From a virus (lineage: Duplodnaviria > Caudoviricetes): a stretch of DNA of 64,000 nucleotides. The notes beneath the pieces are model-generated. The model was not told where the DNA came from. It ran no database searches and saw only the letters and a list, made by a program, of their open reading frames with translations. Below, in pieces: positions 55,745 through 64,000 of the stretch (the stretch's first letter is position 1; every line of letters starts with the position of its first letter). The position numbers were made by a program, and so were the translations under genes. The stretch lies in the IMG/VR virus record IMGVR_UViG_3300027793_000063, positions 32,001 through 96,000 of that record; one strand, given 5' to 3'.

Positions 55745-55980
55745 GGTTTTTGGTGTTTCGCGTTAGCCTCCAGCCACGCCTTGCCTTCGTCGGCGGTGAT
55801 TCTCTTGGCGTGCCTGTATTCTCGGAAGTCGCTCCACGTTCCGTCCTGCTCTCCGATGATGTAGGATTCGCCGCGTTTGTCCGTGATGATTCGCGCAACG
55901 AATCCGACGCGCCATGGGTCTTGCGGATCACGGTCGGAGTATTTGGTTGCCAGCACGTAGTCGCCGAGGTTCATGCTCAT
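55741..55980 (-). CDS. hypothetical protein
   Basis: GDYVLATKYSD.DP.DPW.VGF. Confidence 0.6.
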   Translation of the reverse strand: MSMNLGDYVLATKYSDRDPQDPWRVGFVARIITDKRGESYIIGEQDGTWSDFREYRHAKRITADEGKAWLEANAKHQKP

Positions 55981-55985
55981 CTGGT

Positions 55986-56180
55986 TCAGTAGGTAGGCGG
56001 CCCGGCTTCGAGCCGCAGCAGTCGCCTGTGGATGTCCAGCAGCTTCTCGTCGGTGGTCTTCGCCATCCAAGCAGCCATCACTTCGCGGCGCTCCCGCTCG
56101 CTGCAGTGGTCACACTTGCCGTTGGTGTGCTGCATGAACCGCGCGCACTCGTTGCAGTATTGAGTTATTACGAGGGCCAT
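55986..56180 (-). CDS. small zinc-ribbon protein
   Basis: CNEC...H...CDHC. Confidence 0.55.
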   Translation of the reverse strand: MALVITQYCNECARFMQHTNGKCDHCSERERREVMAAWMAKTTDEKLLDIHRRLLRLEAGPPTY

Positions 56181-56183
56181 AGT

Positions 56184-56711
56184 TCAGGGTTCCTTGCTGC
56201 TTGCGGCGATGTCCTCCGGTGTTGTTCTGTTCAGCGCGTCGCACCCATCGGCCGGTGTCGTGTGCGGCGTTCTGCCCAACGCGTCGCAGGCCGCCAGATA
56301 GACGTCCGCCAGGTCCATCCAATCCGGATCGCCGACGCAGCCGGAGATTGTCCCGCTGCTTTCCTCGATGACTCCTCCTGTGCTTTCGATGACCTGCGTC
56401 AGTCGCTTCAGCACCGCCTTGTAGGCGAACTCTGTTTCGCTCGGCAGCCGGTAGTCAGGATTCCACTCGTCGTAGACGCATTCTCCGTCCTCCCCGCCGA
56501 GATGCACGCTGGCATACACCAGCCGCTCGCTCATCTCGCCGGCAACGCGGAAGAGCTCACTCAGGACGTGCTTCACCTGCTGTTTGGCAGACAGATAGTT
56601 CGGCGCGCGCCGGTCTGCCGACCATCCGGTAATGTGCTGCGTCTTGCCTCTGCATTTCTCGACGGCCATCCGGTCGTAGCCGAGGATTGTGTATTTGGAG
56701 TCTGAGTTCAT
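56184..56711 (-). CDS. hypothetical protein
   Basis: Start MNSDSKY lies within the 43-bp repeat. Confidence 0.6.
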   Translation of the reverse strand: MNSDSKYTILGYDRMAVEKCRGKTQHITGWSADRRAPNYLSAKQQVKHVLSELFRVAGEMSERLVYASVHLGGEDGECVYDEWNPDYRLPSETEFAYKAVLKRLTQVIESTGGVIEESSGTISGCVGDPDWMDLADVYLAACDALGRTPHTTPADGCDALNRTTPEDIAASSKEP

Positions 56712-57064
56712 ACGATTGCGCACGGCGTCGGGACTCTTCGGCGGATGATCCGGAATGATGACATCGTCGAGTCGGTACCGCAGGCGACGTAAATCGGATC
56801 TTTGACACCCAACAATTCTGCGGCGGTGTGCAGCAGCGCGACGATCTTCCCTTCGTCGATGTCATCCGGCAGGTGCATGTCGATTTGCGCAACTTTCACG
56901 AACTCGCGGTCGTTGCTGATGATGATAAGCTGACTGCCTTTGTTAGCGGCTTCTTGTATGCTATTGAGGTTCATATGGTTTCAGTCGTTGTTATTCGTAG
57001 GGGATTCCTAACTCATCGAGCTCCGGTCGTAGCCGAGGATTGTGTATTTGGAGTCTGAGTTCAT
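56669..57064. repeat. 43-bp perfect direct repeat (56669-56711 and 57022-57064) flanking a 310-bp insert
   Basis: tccggtcgtagccgaggattgtgtatttggagtctgagttcat occurs twice. Confidence 0.95.
56708..56974 (-). CDS. hypothetical protein on the inserted segment
   Basis: 88 aa, AC-rich leader. Confidence 0.55.
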   Translation of the reverse strand: MNLNSIQEAANKGSQLIIISNDREFVKVAQIDMHLPDDIDEGKIVALLHTAAELLGVKDPIYVACGTDSTMSSFRIIRRRVPTPCAIV

Positions 57065-57068
57065 GTGA

Positions 57069-57332
57069 TTACTGGCCGGAGACAACCGGCGCGCTGAAGA
57101 CTTCGATCGTCAGCGAAGCAGCGTGCTTGTGCACGTGCGCCGCTGCTTCGCGTCCGCCGACCGCCAAGGCCAGCGCACGTATAGAGTTACCCAGCGCAGA
57201 AGGGTCTACGCTCGATGCATTGTTAATTAGAATATCCGCGAGCTTGGTCCGCCCACGCATATCTATCTTGTTGATTCGCAGTCCTTCATTGGCCGCTCTT
57301 TCGACAGCGGCGTGAACAGATGTTTGATTCAT
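57069..57332 (-). CDS. hypothetical protein
   Basis: 87 aa. Confidence 0.55.
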   Translation of the reverse strand: MNQTSVHAAVERAANEGLRINKIDMRGRTKLADILINNASSVDPSALGNSIRALALAVGGREAAAHVHKHAASLTIEVFSAPVVSGQ

Positions 57333-57352
57333 ATGATTTTCAGTTGTTGTTA

Positions 57353-58387
57353 TTAGTAAGGTATCCTCAGCTCGTCGAGCACTGCGCGGTATCCCCAGTC
57401 ATCAAGCGCCGCTGCGTGCATTTTCGGGTTCCGGGTCTTCAGGTCCTGCATGGTGTTCAGCGTTCCTTCCTGTGCGCGTGACCTATTTCCGAACATACAA
57501 GTCACGCAGCCCGAGCCGCCGCTGAGGGTGTCGGGCCGGATGACGTCGATGCCGCGGGTCTTCAGATAGGTCGCGACGTCGTCGTCAGTCCAGAAGGCCA
57601 GCGGATTGGAAATCCACAAGCCGCCGAGCTTCGACGCCTGGTAGAGCGCGCCGCACGTGATCCACGCCAGGCGGCGCGCGCGGGACTCTGCGCAGCGCAC
57701 GCCGGTGAAGTGACCGTGCACGCCGACCTCCTCGTCCCACTTCTTCATCGGCTTCTTCTTGAGGTAGTCGCAGCACTTCTCGGTGATCTTCAACCCCTTC
57801 TCCTTGGCGCGTCGGAACTGCTCATGCAGATCTTCCGGGACGTGCGCGGGTATCTTGTCGCTCTTGGACGCTGCGAACTTCCGATACTTGTAGGCGAGCA
57901 GCTTGCTCCAGAGCGGTACGCCGATCTTCGGCCACAGGTCCTTCGGTCGGATGTCGGGGAACACCTGGTGACACTCGACGCCGCGCTCCGCCAGCCACTC
58001 CTTCCACTTCTTGAACATCTGCAGCGTCTCCGGATACTCCATGCGCGTGTTGCTCATGACGTGCGGGATGTGCCGGATACCCATGTCCTCGACCATCAAG
58101 TGTGACAGCGCCGTGCTGTCCCGCCCGGCGGAATAGCTGACGGCCCACTTGAGATCGGGGTGATTGGCCAAGGACAGCTTGATAACCTTGCGGGCGTGCA
58201 TCAGCTTGTCCTTGAAGGGCCGGTTGATGCCGGCCTGCAGTGTCTGGGCGCGATCGATGATGTGCGCCTTCTGCTCAGGCGTCTTGCTGGAGTTGTTCCA
58301 GAACGCCATCCTGGGCAGCGTCACCAGTTCGCAGTCCGTGGCGTCGCGCACCTTGAGCAGGACTTCGATCAGTTCGTTATCGATCAT
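57353..58387 (-). CDS. PAPS reductase family (PP-loop) protein, second copy
   Basis: SYSAGRDS, NTRMEYPET, KCCDYLKKKP, GVRCAES..R, PLAFWT, SGCVTC. Confidence 0.85.
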   Translation of the reverse strand: MIDNELIEVLLKVRDATDCELVTLPRMAFWNNSSKTPEQKAHIIDRAQTLQAGINRPFKDKLMHARKVIKLSLANHPDLKWAVSYSAGRDSTALSHLMVEDMGIRHIPHVMSNTRMEYPETLQMFKKWKEWLAERGVECHQVFPDIRPKDLWPKIGVPLWSKLLAYKYRKFAASKSDKIPAHVPEDLHEQFRRAKEKGLKITEKCCDYLKKKPMKKWDEEVGVHGHFTGVRCAESRARRLAWITCGALYQASKLGGLWISNPLAFWTDDDVATYLKTRGIDVIRPDTLSGGSGCVTCMFGNRSRAQEGTLNTMQDLKTRNPKMHAAALDDWGYRAVLDELRIPY

Positions 58388-58390
58388 GCG

Positions 58391-60112
58391 TCACGGTACG
58401 ATGTTCGGCGGTTCGGCGTCAGCATTGCCCTCGCGGATGCTGCGGTAATACCGCATAACGTGCGGGTCCACCTTCGCCACGAAGTCGTCCTCGGCGAGTA
58501 TCAAACCCTCCGGCGACCGCAAGCGGGACAGTCCCACGTAAACGTGTCCGGATGCAAACGTGCGGGAAAGCGCCAGGATCGCGCTGTCCATCGAAAGGCC
58601 TTGCGATTTGTGGATTGTGATCGAGGTAGCCGGGATGAGCGGGAACTGCCGTGCCGTCGGATACAGGCTAATCTCCGGCGGCAGCTTCGGGTTGTCGGGG
58701 TTCGCATACCATTCAGGCGGGACAACAACTGATTCCTTCGGGTCCTGCTCGCGCGTCCGTGTGTAGCGGTGACGATATAGCGTCACAAGCCGTTCCTCGT
58801 CCTCCGGTTTGCGGCCTGGGACGCCGATGACTACATTGTCCGCGTCGTAACTCCCTTCGCTGCGCTGAAAGATGTTGATCTCGCGTACAAAGCCGCGTGT
58901 GCCATTCACGAATCTGCCGTCGGGGTCGTTGACTGTGAACATTACAGGATACCCGACGCGCACAAACGTCCGCTTGTCCAGCAGGCGTCGCTGCAACGCT
59001 TTAGTCAATTCATCCTTCACGCCTTCGATGTTCTTGGTCTCCCAGTCCTTCATCTGTTGCACCCCGGGCACGATGCAGAACTCTGCGTCGAGTGGTTGCG
59101 TGGGGGCCGGATAGTGTTCCAGCGCCTGCGCGTTGATCGCTTTCGCCTGTTTGTTGGTCGGCACCAGAAACGTGTAGAACCGCGTCTCCTCCAGCGTCAT
59201 GCCCTTGCGTACAAACCTTCGCGCGTATTCCCGGTCGTCCTGCGTCGTGATACCCACGCGAATGTTATTAAGGAACCCGACAAACCGATGGTCGCCCTGC
59301 CGAAACACCTTCGTCAGCTCAATCGGCTTTACACGTGCGTCGTCCCATGCGCGCGCCAGGAATGCCCAGTCGGGACGATCGTCGTTCATGCCCTCCTCGA
59401 CCGGAGGCAACTGCGCGAAGTCGCCGATGAATACCATCTGCAGCCCGCCGAACGGCTGCTCGTTGCCGCGGATACGCTTCAGCATGAAGTCCAGGTAGCC
59501 GAGCATGGCAGCGCCGGAGAGCATGGAGACTTCGTCGAGCAGCAGCACCTCGTGAGCGCGCAGCCGCGCCAGCACGCCGTGGCGCATGAACGGCTTGATC
59601 TTCGGATCAGTCATCCAGCGCTCGTAGAACATCTCATACCACGCGTCCAACTCCTCCTTGCTCATGTCCGCCGCCCGCGGCACATCGGCGCCTGGCCGCA
59701 CGTCCGCCAGGAACTCGCACATTTTCTTCGGGTAGCACGGCGGCCAGTCCGGCCCCAGGCCAATCCCAAAGAACGAGTGCATGGTCTTGCCGTCCAGATG
59801 GCTGCCGGCGATGCCGGTCGTAGCTGTGACTGACCAATGCATGTTGCGATAATCCAGCTCAGGCATCACCACAGCCTTCACGAACGTCGTCTTGCCGACG
59901 CCAGCACCTCCGGTGATCAGAACGTGCCGGTGCTCGGTGAAGATGGACACGAGAGCATCCAGATGTTCTTCCGTGCCCTCGAACCCCGGAGTGTTCTTCT
60001 CGTAGTATTTCAACCGGGCTGCGAGTTCGGCGCGCTCGACGCGTTTGCGACGATTCGGCGCCTCGGCGAACGGGTCTTCCGCCGTCTGTTTCAGGAATAC
60101 GTTCAGGTCCAT
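58391..60112 (-). CDS. PIF1-family (SF1B) DNA helicase
   Basis: TGGAGVGKT, ATTGIAG...GKTMHSFFG, DEVSM, PFGGLQMVFIGDFAQLPPV, VFRQ, QFPL...TIHKSQG, YVGLSR. Confidence 0.92.
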   Translation of the reverse strand: MDLNVFLKQTAEDPFAEAPNRRKRVERAELAARLKYYEKNTPGFEGTEEHLDALVSIFTEHRHVLITGGAGVGKTTFVKAVVMPELDYRNMHWSVTATTGIAGSHLDGKTMHSFFGIGLGPDWPPCYPKKMCEFLADVRPGADVPRAADMSKEELDAWYEMFYERWMTDPKIKPFMRHGVLARLRAHEVLLLDEVSMLSGAAMLGYLDFMLKRIRGNEQPFGGLQMVFIGDFAQLPPVEEGMNDDRPDWAFLARAWDDARVKPIELTKVFRQGDHRFVGFLNNIRVGITTQDDREYARRFVRKGMTLEETRFYTFLVPTNKQAKAINAQALEHYPAPTQPLDAEFCIVPGVQQMKDWETKNIEGVKDELTKALQRRLLDKRTFVRVGYPVMFTVNDPDGRFVNGTRGFVREINIFQRSEGSYDADNVVIGVPGRKPEDEERLVTLYRHRYTRTREQDPKESVVVPPEWYANPDNPKLPPEISLYPTARQFPLIPATSITIHKSQGLSMDSAILALSRTFASGHVYVGLSRLRSPEGLILAEDDFVAKVDPHVMRYYRSIREGNADAEPPNIVP

Positions 60113-60772
60113 TTACTCGCCCTCCTTTTTGTCGGCGCGCGCCTGCGCTGCGGCGTCGGAATACGTCCCAGTCTTGTAGCGGGCGTTCGGTCCTCGCTCA
60201 AGCTTCACGATGTTGAGTTCGCGCAAGCGGTCTTCGTCGATTTCCAGCAGCCCCGCCATCTCACGCACGACCCAGCAATCCTGCAGCAGCAGATCCCTGA
60301 GTTTGTCCCGGTCCAAATCTTTGCGATAGAACACGTGCTTCTTGATGACGTCCAGGATGTGACCCGCCAATACGGAGTGCATGCTGATGAGGTTGCAGAG
60401 AGCTTCACTCGGATACGGGCAGTATGAAGGACTCCACGGCATCGCCCACGACGCCGGCATTGACAACTCGGCCTCGTCTAGCTGCACAAGACCCGTGACG
60501 ATTCGCAACGCGCCCTCGTAGAACAGATGGTCGCCCAGCTCCTCGATGATATTTTCGACATCCAACTTCGGATGCAAGCCAAACCACTTGAGGTCGGACA
60601 TTCTGATTCCGATCACTGCCATTTCAAGTTCCGCCGCCTCGGTGGCGATGCCTACGGCGGCGTGCAGCATCGAGAGTGCGTCTGTGGTGATCCCCATGAT
60701 GATCTGATCGCCGCCCTTGAAGAGGCGCGCGATCAGGTCGCGGTGTGCGGGTGGAATAGTGAGTGGGTTCAT
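60113..60772 (-). CDS. MazG-like nucleotide pyrophosphohydrolase fold protein
   Basis: HAAVGIATEAAEL...EELGD.LFY, DVIKK..FY.K.LD, N..KL...RY..GTYSD..A..RAD. Confidence 0.75.
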   Translation of the reverse strand: MNPLTIPPAHRDLIARLFKGGDQIIMGITTDALSMLHAAVGIATEAAELEMAVIGIRMSDLKWFGLHPKLDVENIIEELGDHLFYEGALRIVTGLVQLDEAELSMPASWAMPWSPSYCPYPSEALCNLISMHSVLAGHILDVIKKHVFYRKDLDRDKLRDLLLQDCWVVREMAGLLEIDEDRLRELNIVKLERGPNARYKTGTYSDAAAQARADKKEGE

Positions 60773-61557
60773 CGTTTGAGTGTAATGGATTTGTTCTTGT
60801 TGTAGGAGAACTGGACGTTCTCCCGCTTGAGCCGTTTGATCGCGTCCGAGCCTGTCGAGCCAGCTTTCTGCGCGCCGTGAAGAAGTAACGCGAAGTCATG
60901 TCCGTCGTCCGCCCTCGCGTGACTGTCGTCGTGGTCAATCTCCAGCCCGAGCCGCTCGGCCTCATCCGGGTGGAAGACTATCCGGGCGCTGCGCAGCTTG
61001 TTCGGTTCGATCAGGCTGTCCCACTTTCCTCCCCATGAAGCAGTCAGCACGAAGTTCTTCGGTACCTTCTTGCGGTGGGCGATCCAGATCGGAAGGCTTT
61101 TGGTGTAGGCATAGAACCACCGGTTCGGGTTGCTGCGCGCCGCCGCCATCCAGGCCAGAAAATAATCCTGGTGGTAGAAATCCCCGTCCACGTGCACCCG
61201 CACGTTGTGCAGCCATGCCGCGGGCAGGGACAGGTCGATGATGTTCGTCATCCGTTCCGTGGTGCGCGCCTCCTGCAGGATGGCCAGATTGCGATCCACA
61301 GACGCGCGCAGCGACGGTGTGTAAGCCTCCATCGAGGCGGCGAAGCAGCGGTGCTCTGACTTCGGCCCGTCGACGAGTCGTTTTTCCTTGCGGTCGAACC
61401 ACGCCAGACACTTCTCGGCGCCGGGGCATGTGTAGCCGGCCGGCAGCGAGAAGGTGGCAGTGCCTTCGATTTTTGCATTGCCTATACCGAAGAAGAGCGT
61501 GCGGCGCTCTTCAGGATACGGAGGCTTGAGTTTATTGAATGGTGAGTAGGTAGGCAT
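60769..61557 (-). CDS. GP88-family protein
   Basis: GNAK...FSLPAGYTCPGA..C...CFA, VRVHVDGDFY, FYAYTK, NFVLTAS. Confidence 0.8.
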   Translation of the reverse strand: MPTYSPFNKLKPPYPEERRTLFFGIGNAKIEGTATFSLPAGYTCPGAEKCLAWFDRKEKRLVDGPKSEHRCFAASMEAYTPSLRASVDRNLAILQEARTTERMTNIIDLSLPAAWLHNVRVHVDGDFYHQDYFLAWMAAARSNPNRWFYAYTKSLPIWIAHRKKVPKNFVLTASWGGKWDSLIEPNKLRSARIVFHPDEAERLGLEIDHDDSHARADDGHDFALLLHGAQKAGSTGSDAIKRLKRENVQFSYNKNKSITLKR

Positions 61558-63026
61558 TAAAGGCTGCGTTTTAAGCGCTTGAGCGCTCGGTTAAAGATCC
61601 TCTGGTATTCTTCTGGCGTCAGGTCGCCCAGGTCCTTCCCTGCTGGGAGTTCCAGTTTGGCGAGCGCCAACATGATCTGCTCCTTGTGCTGCGTGGACCC
61701 CAACAGCTTGGCAATCTTCTCCGTCGCCTCGCGGCCAGCGACGTCGTCGTCGAACGCCAAGAACACCAGGTGAAAGTGTCTTACCACCTTTGCGGCGTTC
61801 TCCAGGCTGATGGACGAGCCGGTGACGGGGAGGACACCGGGGCCTCCGCGCCCGCCGTCCAGTGGTCCTTCGGTGAGCACCACCCACTTGAGATCGTCCG
61901 GATCGCTCTTCGCGCGCGCGATCGCCGCGTCCCACCCCATCAGCTGCCGCTGTGAGTATTTCGCGGTGCGATACTTCGACGGTCGGAACTTGAGCACGCC
62001 GTCCTTGACTTCGTCGTAAGGCGGTATCGGCTGCCACGCCGCCTTGGGGTTCGCTCGGGTGTGCGTGTGGCTCCAGACGCACAGCCAGTAGCCGCCTCGC
62101 TGCTCGTCTCGCACCATCCGCATCTGGTCTCCCGGTCCGCCCGACTTGAACGATGCCCTGTGCGATCTGGCGATCGTCGATAAGTCGAACCCGCGGTAGA
62201 AGCCGCCGCCGTATGGATGCAGCATGTAGCGGTTGAGGCCATCCTCGGACTCCCTCTCGATGACACGCGCCTGCCAGCCCAGTGGCACTCCGTCCACCGT
62301 CGCCTTGAAGATGATGCGGTGCTGCGGCGTGTCCTTCCAGCCGCCTGGCATCTTCCGGTAGAATATCTGCTTCTCGCCGTAGGGATATTCCTTCACGCAA
62401 AACCCAACGTCGAACTGCCGCACGAGTGCCGCGATGTCGTAGCGCCGGTTGACCAGATACCGGACGGCCGGATGCTCAGCGGGCAGCGTGTCCAGCCCCA
62501 CCACCTCGCCAGGCGGTGGTGGGGCCATCTCGCCGCTCTTCGGGTCCATCTCCCACATCTCCTTGATGTCGTCCGCGGCGGCCCCGCCGCGCATGTCCGC
62601 GCGGGTGGCGATGTCGGGGAACCGCTCGGAGACGGTCCCCATGTTCAGCAGATCGTCCAGCGGGATCATGTGCGGCTGCCGGGACGACCTCGTGCGCATG
62701 CAGATGCCGGCGCCGTATTCCTGCTTCTTGCGCAGCTCCTCCCGCTCCTCGAACATGCCCGGTCGCCAGGCTTGCCCCGCGGTGGTATCGCGGTAATCGC
62801 CGAGCCCGGCCAGCACGCTCAGGTTGATCGCGTATTTCGGATCGTCCAGCTCGCGGCGACCGTGATCCTCCAGACACTTCGGACATGGGATGTAGAGGTG
62901 GTAGCCGCTGACCTCGCGCGCGAGCACCGTGGGGCACCCTTGCACCTCCGTGATCCTCTGCGCCCATTTTCGAACCTCCTCGGGCGCGTGGGCCGCGCTG
63001 TCGTTTGTGTGGATGTCGTTGCTCAT
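61557..63026 (-). CDS. dnaG: DnaG-type DNA primase (Toprim)
   Basis: N-terminal CPKC, AVRYLVNR, HRIIF...GWQAR, VLTEGPLD, LAFDDDVAG, GKDLGD. Confidence 0.85.
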   Translation of the reverse strand: MSNDIHTNDSAAHAPEEVRKWAQRITEVQGCPTVLAREVSGYHLYIPCPKCLEDHGRRELDDPKYAINLSVLAGLGDYRDTTAGQAWRPGMFEEREELRKKQEYGAGICMRTRSSRQPHMIPLDDLLNMGTVSERFPDIATRADMRGGAAADDIKEMWEMDPKSGEMAPPPPGEVVGLDTLPAEHPAVRYLVNRRYDIAALVRQFDVGFCVKEYPYGEKQIFYRKMPGGWKDTPQHRIIFKATVDGVPLGWQARVIERESEDGLNRYMLHPYGGGFYRGFDLSTIARSHRASFKSGGPGDQMRMVRDEQRGGYWLCVWSHTHTRANPKAAWQPIPPYDEVKDGVLKFRPSKYRTAKYSQRQLMGWDAAIARAKSDPDDLKWVVLTEGPLDGGRGGPGVLPVTGSSISLENAAKVVRHFHLVFLAFDDDVAGREATEKIAKLLGSTQHKEQIMLALAKLELPAGKDLGDLTPEEYQRIFNRALKRLKRSL

Positions 63027-63032
63027 TTGTCG

Positions 63033-63632
63033 TCATTGTCTGTGTTCGTCTGCTGTCATGGCATCGAGTTTCGCAAACAGCGGATGAGTTGGATTCTTGC
63101 CGCGCTTGCGGTTATAGAAGCATTCGAGGTTTTCTGGTTGGCACTGATTCGGAATCGTCGTCACCGCATGCCCGTCGCGTCTGCACGTCCCTCGGAATTT
63201 CTTATATCCCGACTGCTCCTCCATCGCGCCGCGCTCGAAATAGAGACAGTCATTGCAGGCCGTATCCGCCTCCTGCCAGAAGATCGTTTCACACATCTCA
63301 CCGTCTGCCCTGCAAGCTTTGTGCGATGGATACCAGTCGCCAGCCGGGCTGCCGAGATGGTAACCGTATGTGATCGTAATTTGTTCTCTCTCGATCGGCT
63401 GCGAGCAGTAACGGCATTTATCTGATGGGTGCCAAACTCCGCGTCGCATCAACCCATGAAACGTCTCGCGTAGTGTTGCTACAGGCGCAACAATCTCACT
63501 ATCGGCAGCGGCGCGACCGTCGCTAATTCCTTGTCGATAATCGGCGAGTCTGTGTCGCGCGACAGCGGCAGCGATATAAGTCCACGGATCCGCTTCCAGA
63601 CAGGCGGCTAGAAATATCTCCTGGTCAGACAT
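63033..63632 (-). CDS. Cys-rich hypothetical protein
   Basis: CRYC, HKAC, CNDCLYF. Confidence 0.6.
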   Translation of the reverse strand: MSDQEIFLAACLEADPWTYIAAAVARHRLADYRQGISDGRAAADSEIVAPVATLRETFHGLMRRGVWHPSDKCRYCSQPIEREQITITYGYHLGSPAGDWYPSHKACRADGEMCETIFWQEADTACNDCLYFERGAMEEQSGYKKFRGTCRRDGHAVTTIPNQCQPENLECFYNRKRGKNPTHPLFAKLDAMTADEHRQ

Positions 63633-63867
63633 ACGTTATCCTTTCGCGAGCGAGTGTCTGCGCGTTTAGTGCCGCGGTAGCTGCCTCCTCCAACGTGTCG
63701 CCGAACCCCAATGCGTCGCCGGTCATCCCATCCTTGAAAATGTATTGCCGCTTGTCGATCACTGCGCTCTTGCCCGGGAGTCGGACGAGCCACTTATTGA
63801 CGCAGTTCGGCGAGTATTCCACGCAGAAGGTTTTCTCCAGCAACCAGTCCGGTATGCGCATGCTCAT
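63625..63867 (-). CDS. hypothetical protein
   Basis: 80 aa. Confidence 0.55.
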   Translation of the reverse strand: MSMRIPDWLLEKTFCVEYSPNCVNKWLVRLPGKSAVIDKRQYIFKDGMTGDALGFGDTLEEAATAALNAQTLARERITYV

Positions 63868-64000
63868 GCGCAGGCCTCCAGTGCGCGCATGGCGTCCTCA
63901 GCAAGCAACTTCATCCATCCGCGTCCGCTGTATTTTCCGCGCTGATTGACCTGACCAACACCCAGCCTGAAGCTTCTCATCACAGGATCCACAGTCACGT
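63864..64000 (-). CDS. 3' end of a gene entering from beyond the window
   Basis: Open frame ...GKYSGRGWMKLLAEDAMRALEACA* whose TGA overlaps the ATG at 63867. Confidence 0.4.
   Translation of the reverse strand, partial: VTVDPVMRSFRLGVGQVNQRGKYSGRGWMKLLAEDAMRALEACA

Noticed and set aside
56669-57064. IS element or diversity-generating retroelement TR/VR pair
   Set aside because: No transposase, terminal inverted repeats or reverse transcriptase; the copies are identical, with no adenine-specific mismatches.
39-63425. Long plus-strand ORFs (e.g. 39-1442, 23732-24958, 40059-41888, 42366-43859, 44618-45934, 46755-48230, 62217-63425)
   Set aside because: Antisense shadows of minus-strand genes with recognisable motifs; expected in high-GC3 DNA, and their translations show no family motifs.
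1-64000. Genome-wide stop-codon reassignment
   Set aside because: TAG, TAA and TGA all end genes that tile tightly with their neighbours, and conserved enzymes are uninterrupted in code 11. Only two local oddities were seen (7907, 26192).
1-64000. CRISPR array, tRNA or rRNA genes
   Set aside because: No repeat-spacer periodicity or cloverleaf/T-loop signature was seen. The 27-bp repeat has no spacers and the 43-bp repeat has only two copies.

Overview
This window is a GC-rich segment of a large (jumbo-type) dsDNA bacteriophage genome. Essentially every credible gene is on the minus strand, densely packed, often with ATGA/GTGA overlaps. (1) 1-24 kb is an accessory region of many small hypothetical genes, plus a GHKL ATPase cut by the window edge, a C5 DNA methyltransferase next to an HNH-AP2 homing endonuclease, a PAPS-reductase-family protein and a peptide deformylase. 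(2) 24-44 kb is a virion/transcription module. It holds a probable portal protein, several glycine-zipper proteins and a bacterial-like RNA polymerase beta subunit split over three genes. The N-terminal and middle pieces are fused to unrelated domains, the middle piece carries a LAGLIDADG intein, and the C-terminal piece is fused to a beta-prime N-terminus lacking the zinc finger. A K-x-A(A/S) motif recurs at domain junctions throughout this module, suggesting processed, co-packaged polyproteins; this is the most novel-looking signal. (3) 44-64 kb is a replication module: RecQ, a RecA-like protein with Ser in place of the Walker-A Lys, a UDG-like/PolA fusion, a second PAPS-reductase-family protein, a PIF1 helicase, a MazG-like protein, GP88 and a DnaG-type primase. 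Non-coding signals include sigma70-like promoters placed for near-leaderless mRNAs, AC-rich SD-less leaders, a shared 36-bp promoter motif, hairpins, a GTATCA repeat cluster and a 43-bp direct repeat flanking an inserted gene. No rRNA, tRNA or CRISPR array was seen. All family calls come from reading motifs by eye; no database searches were run.
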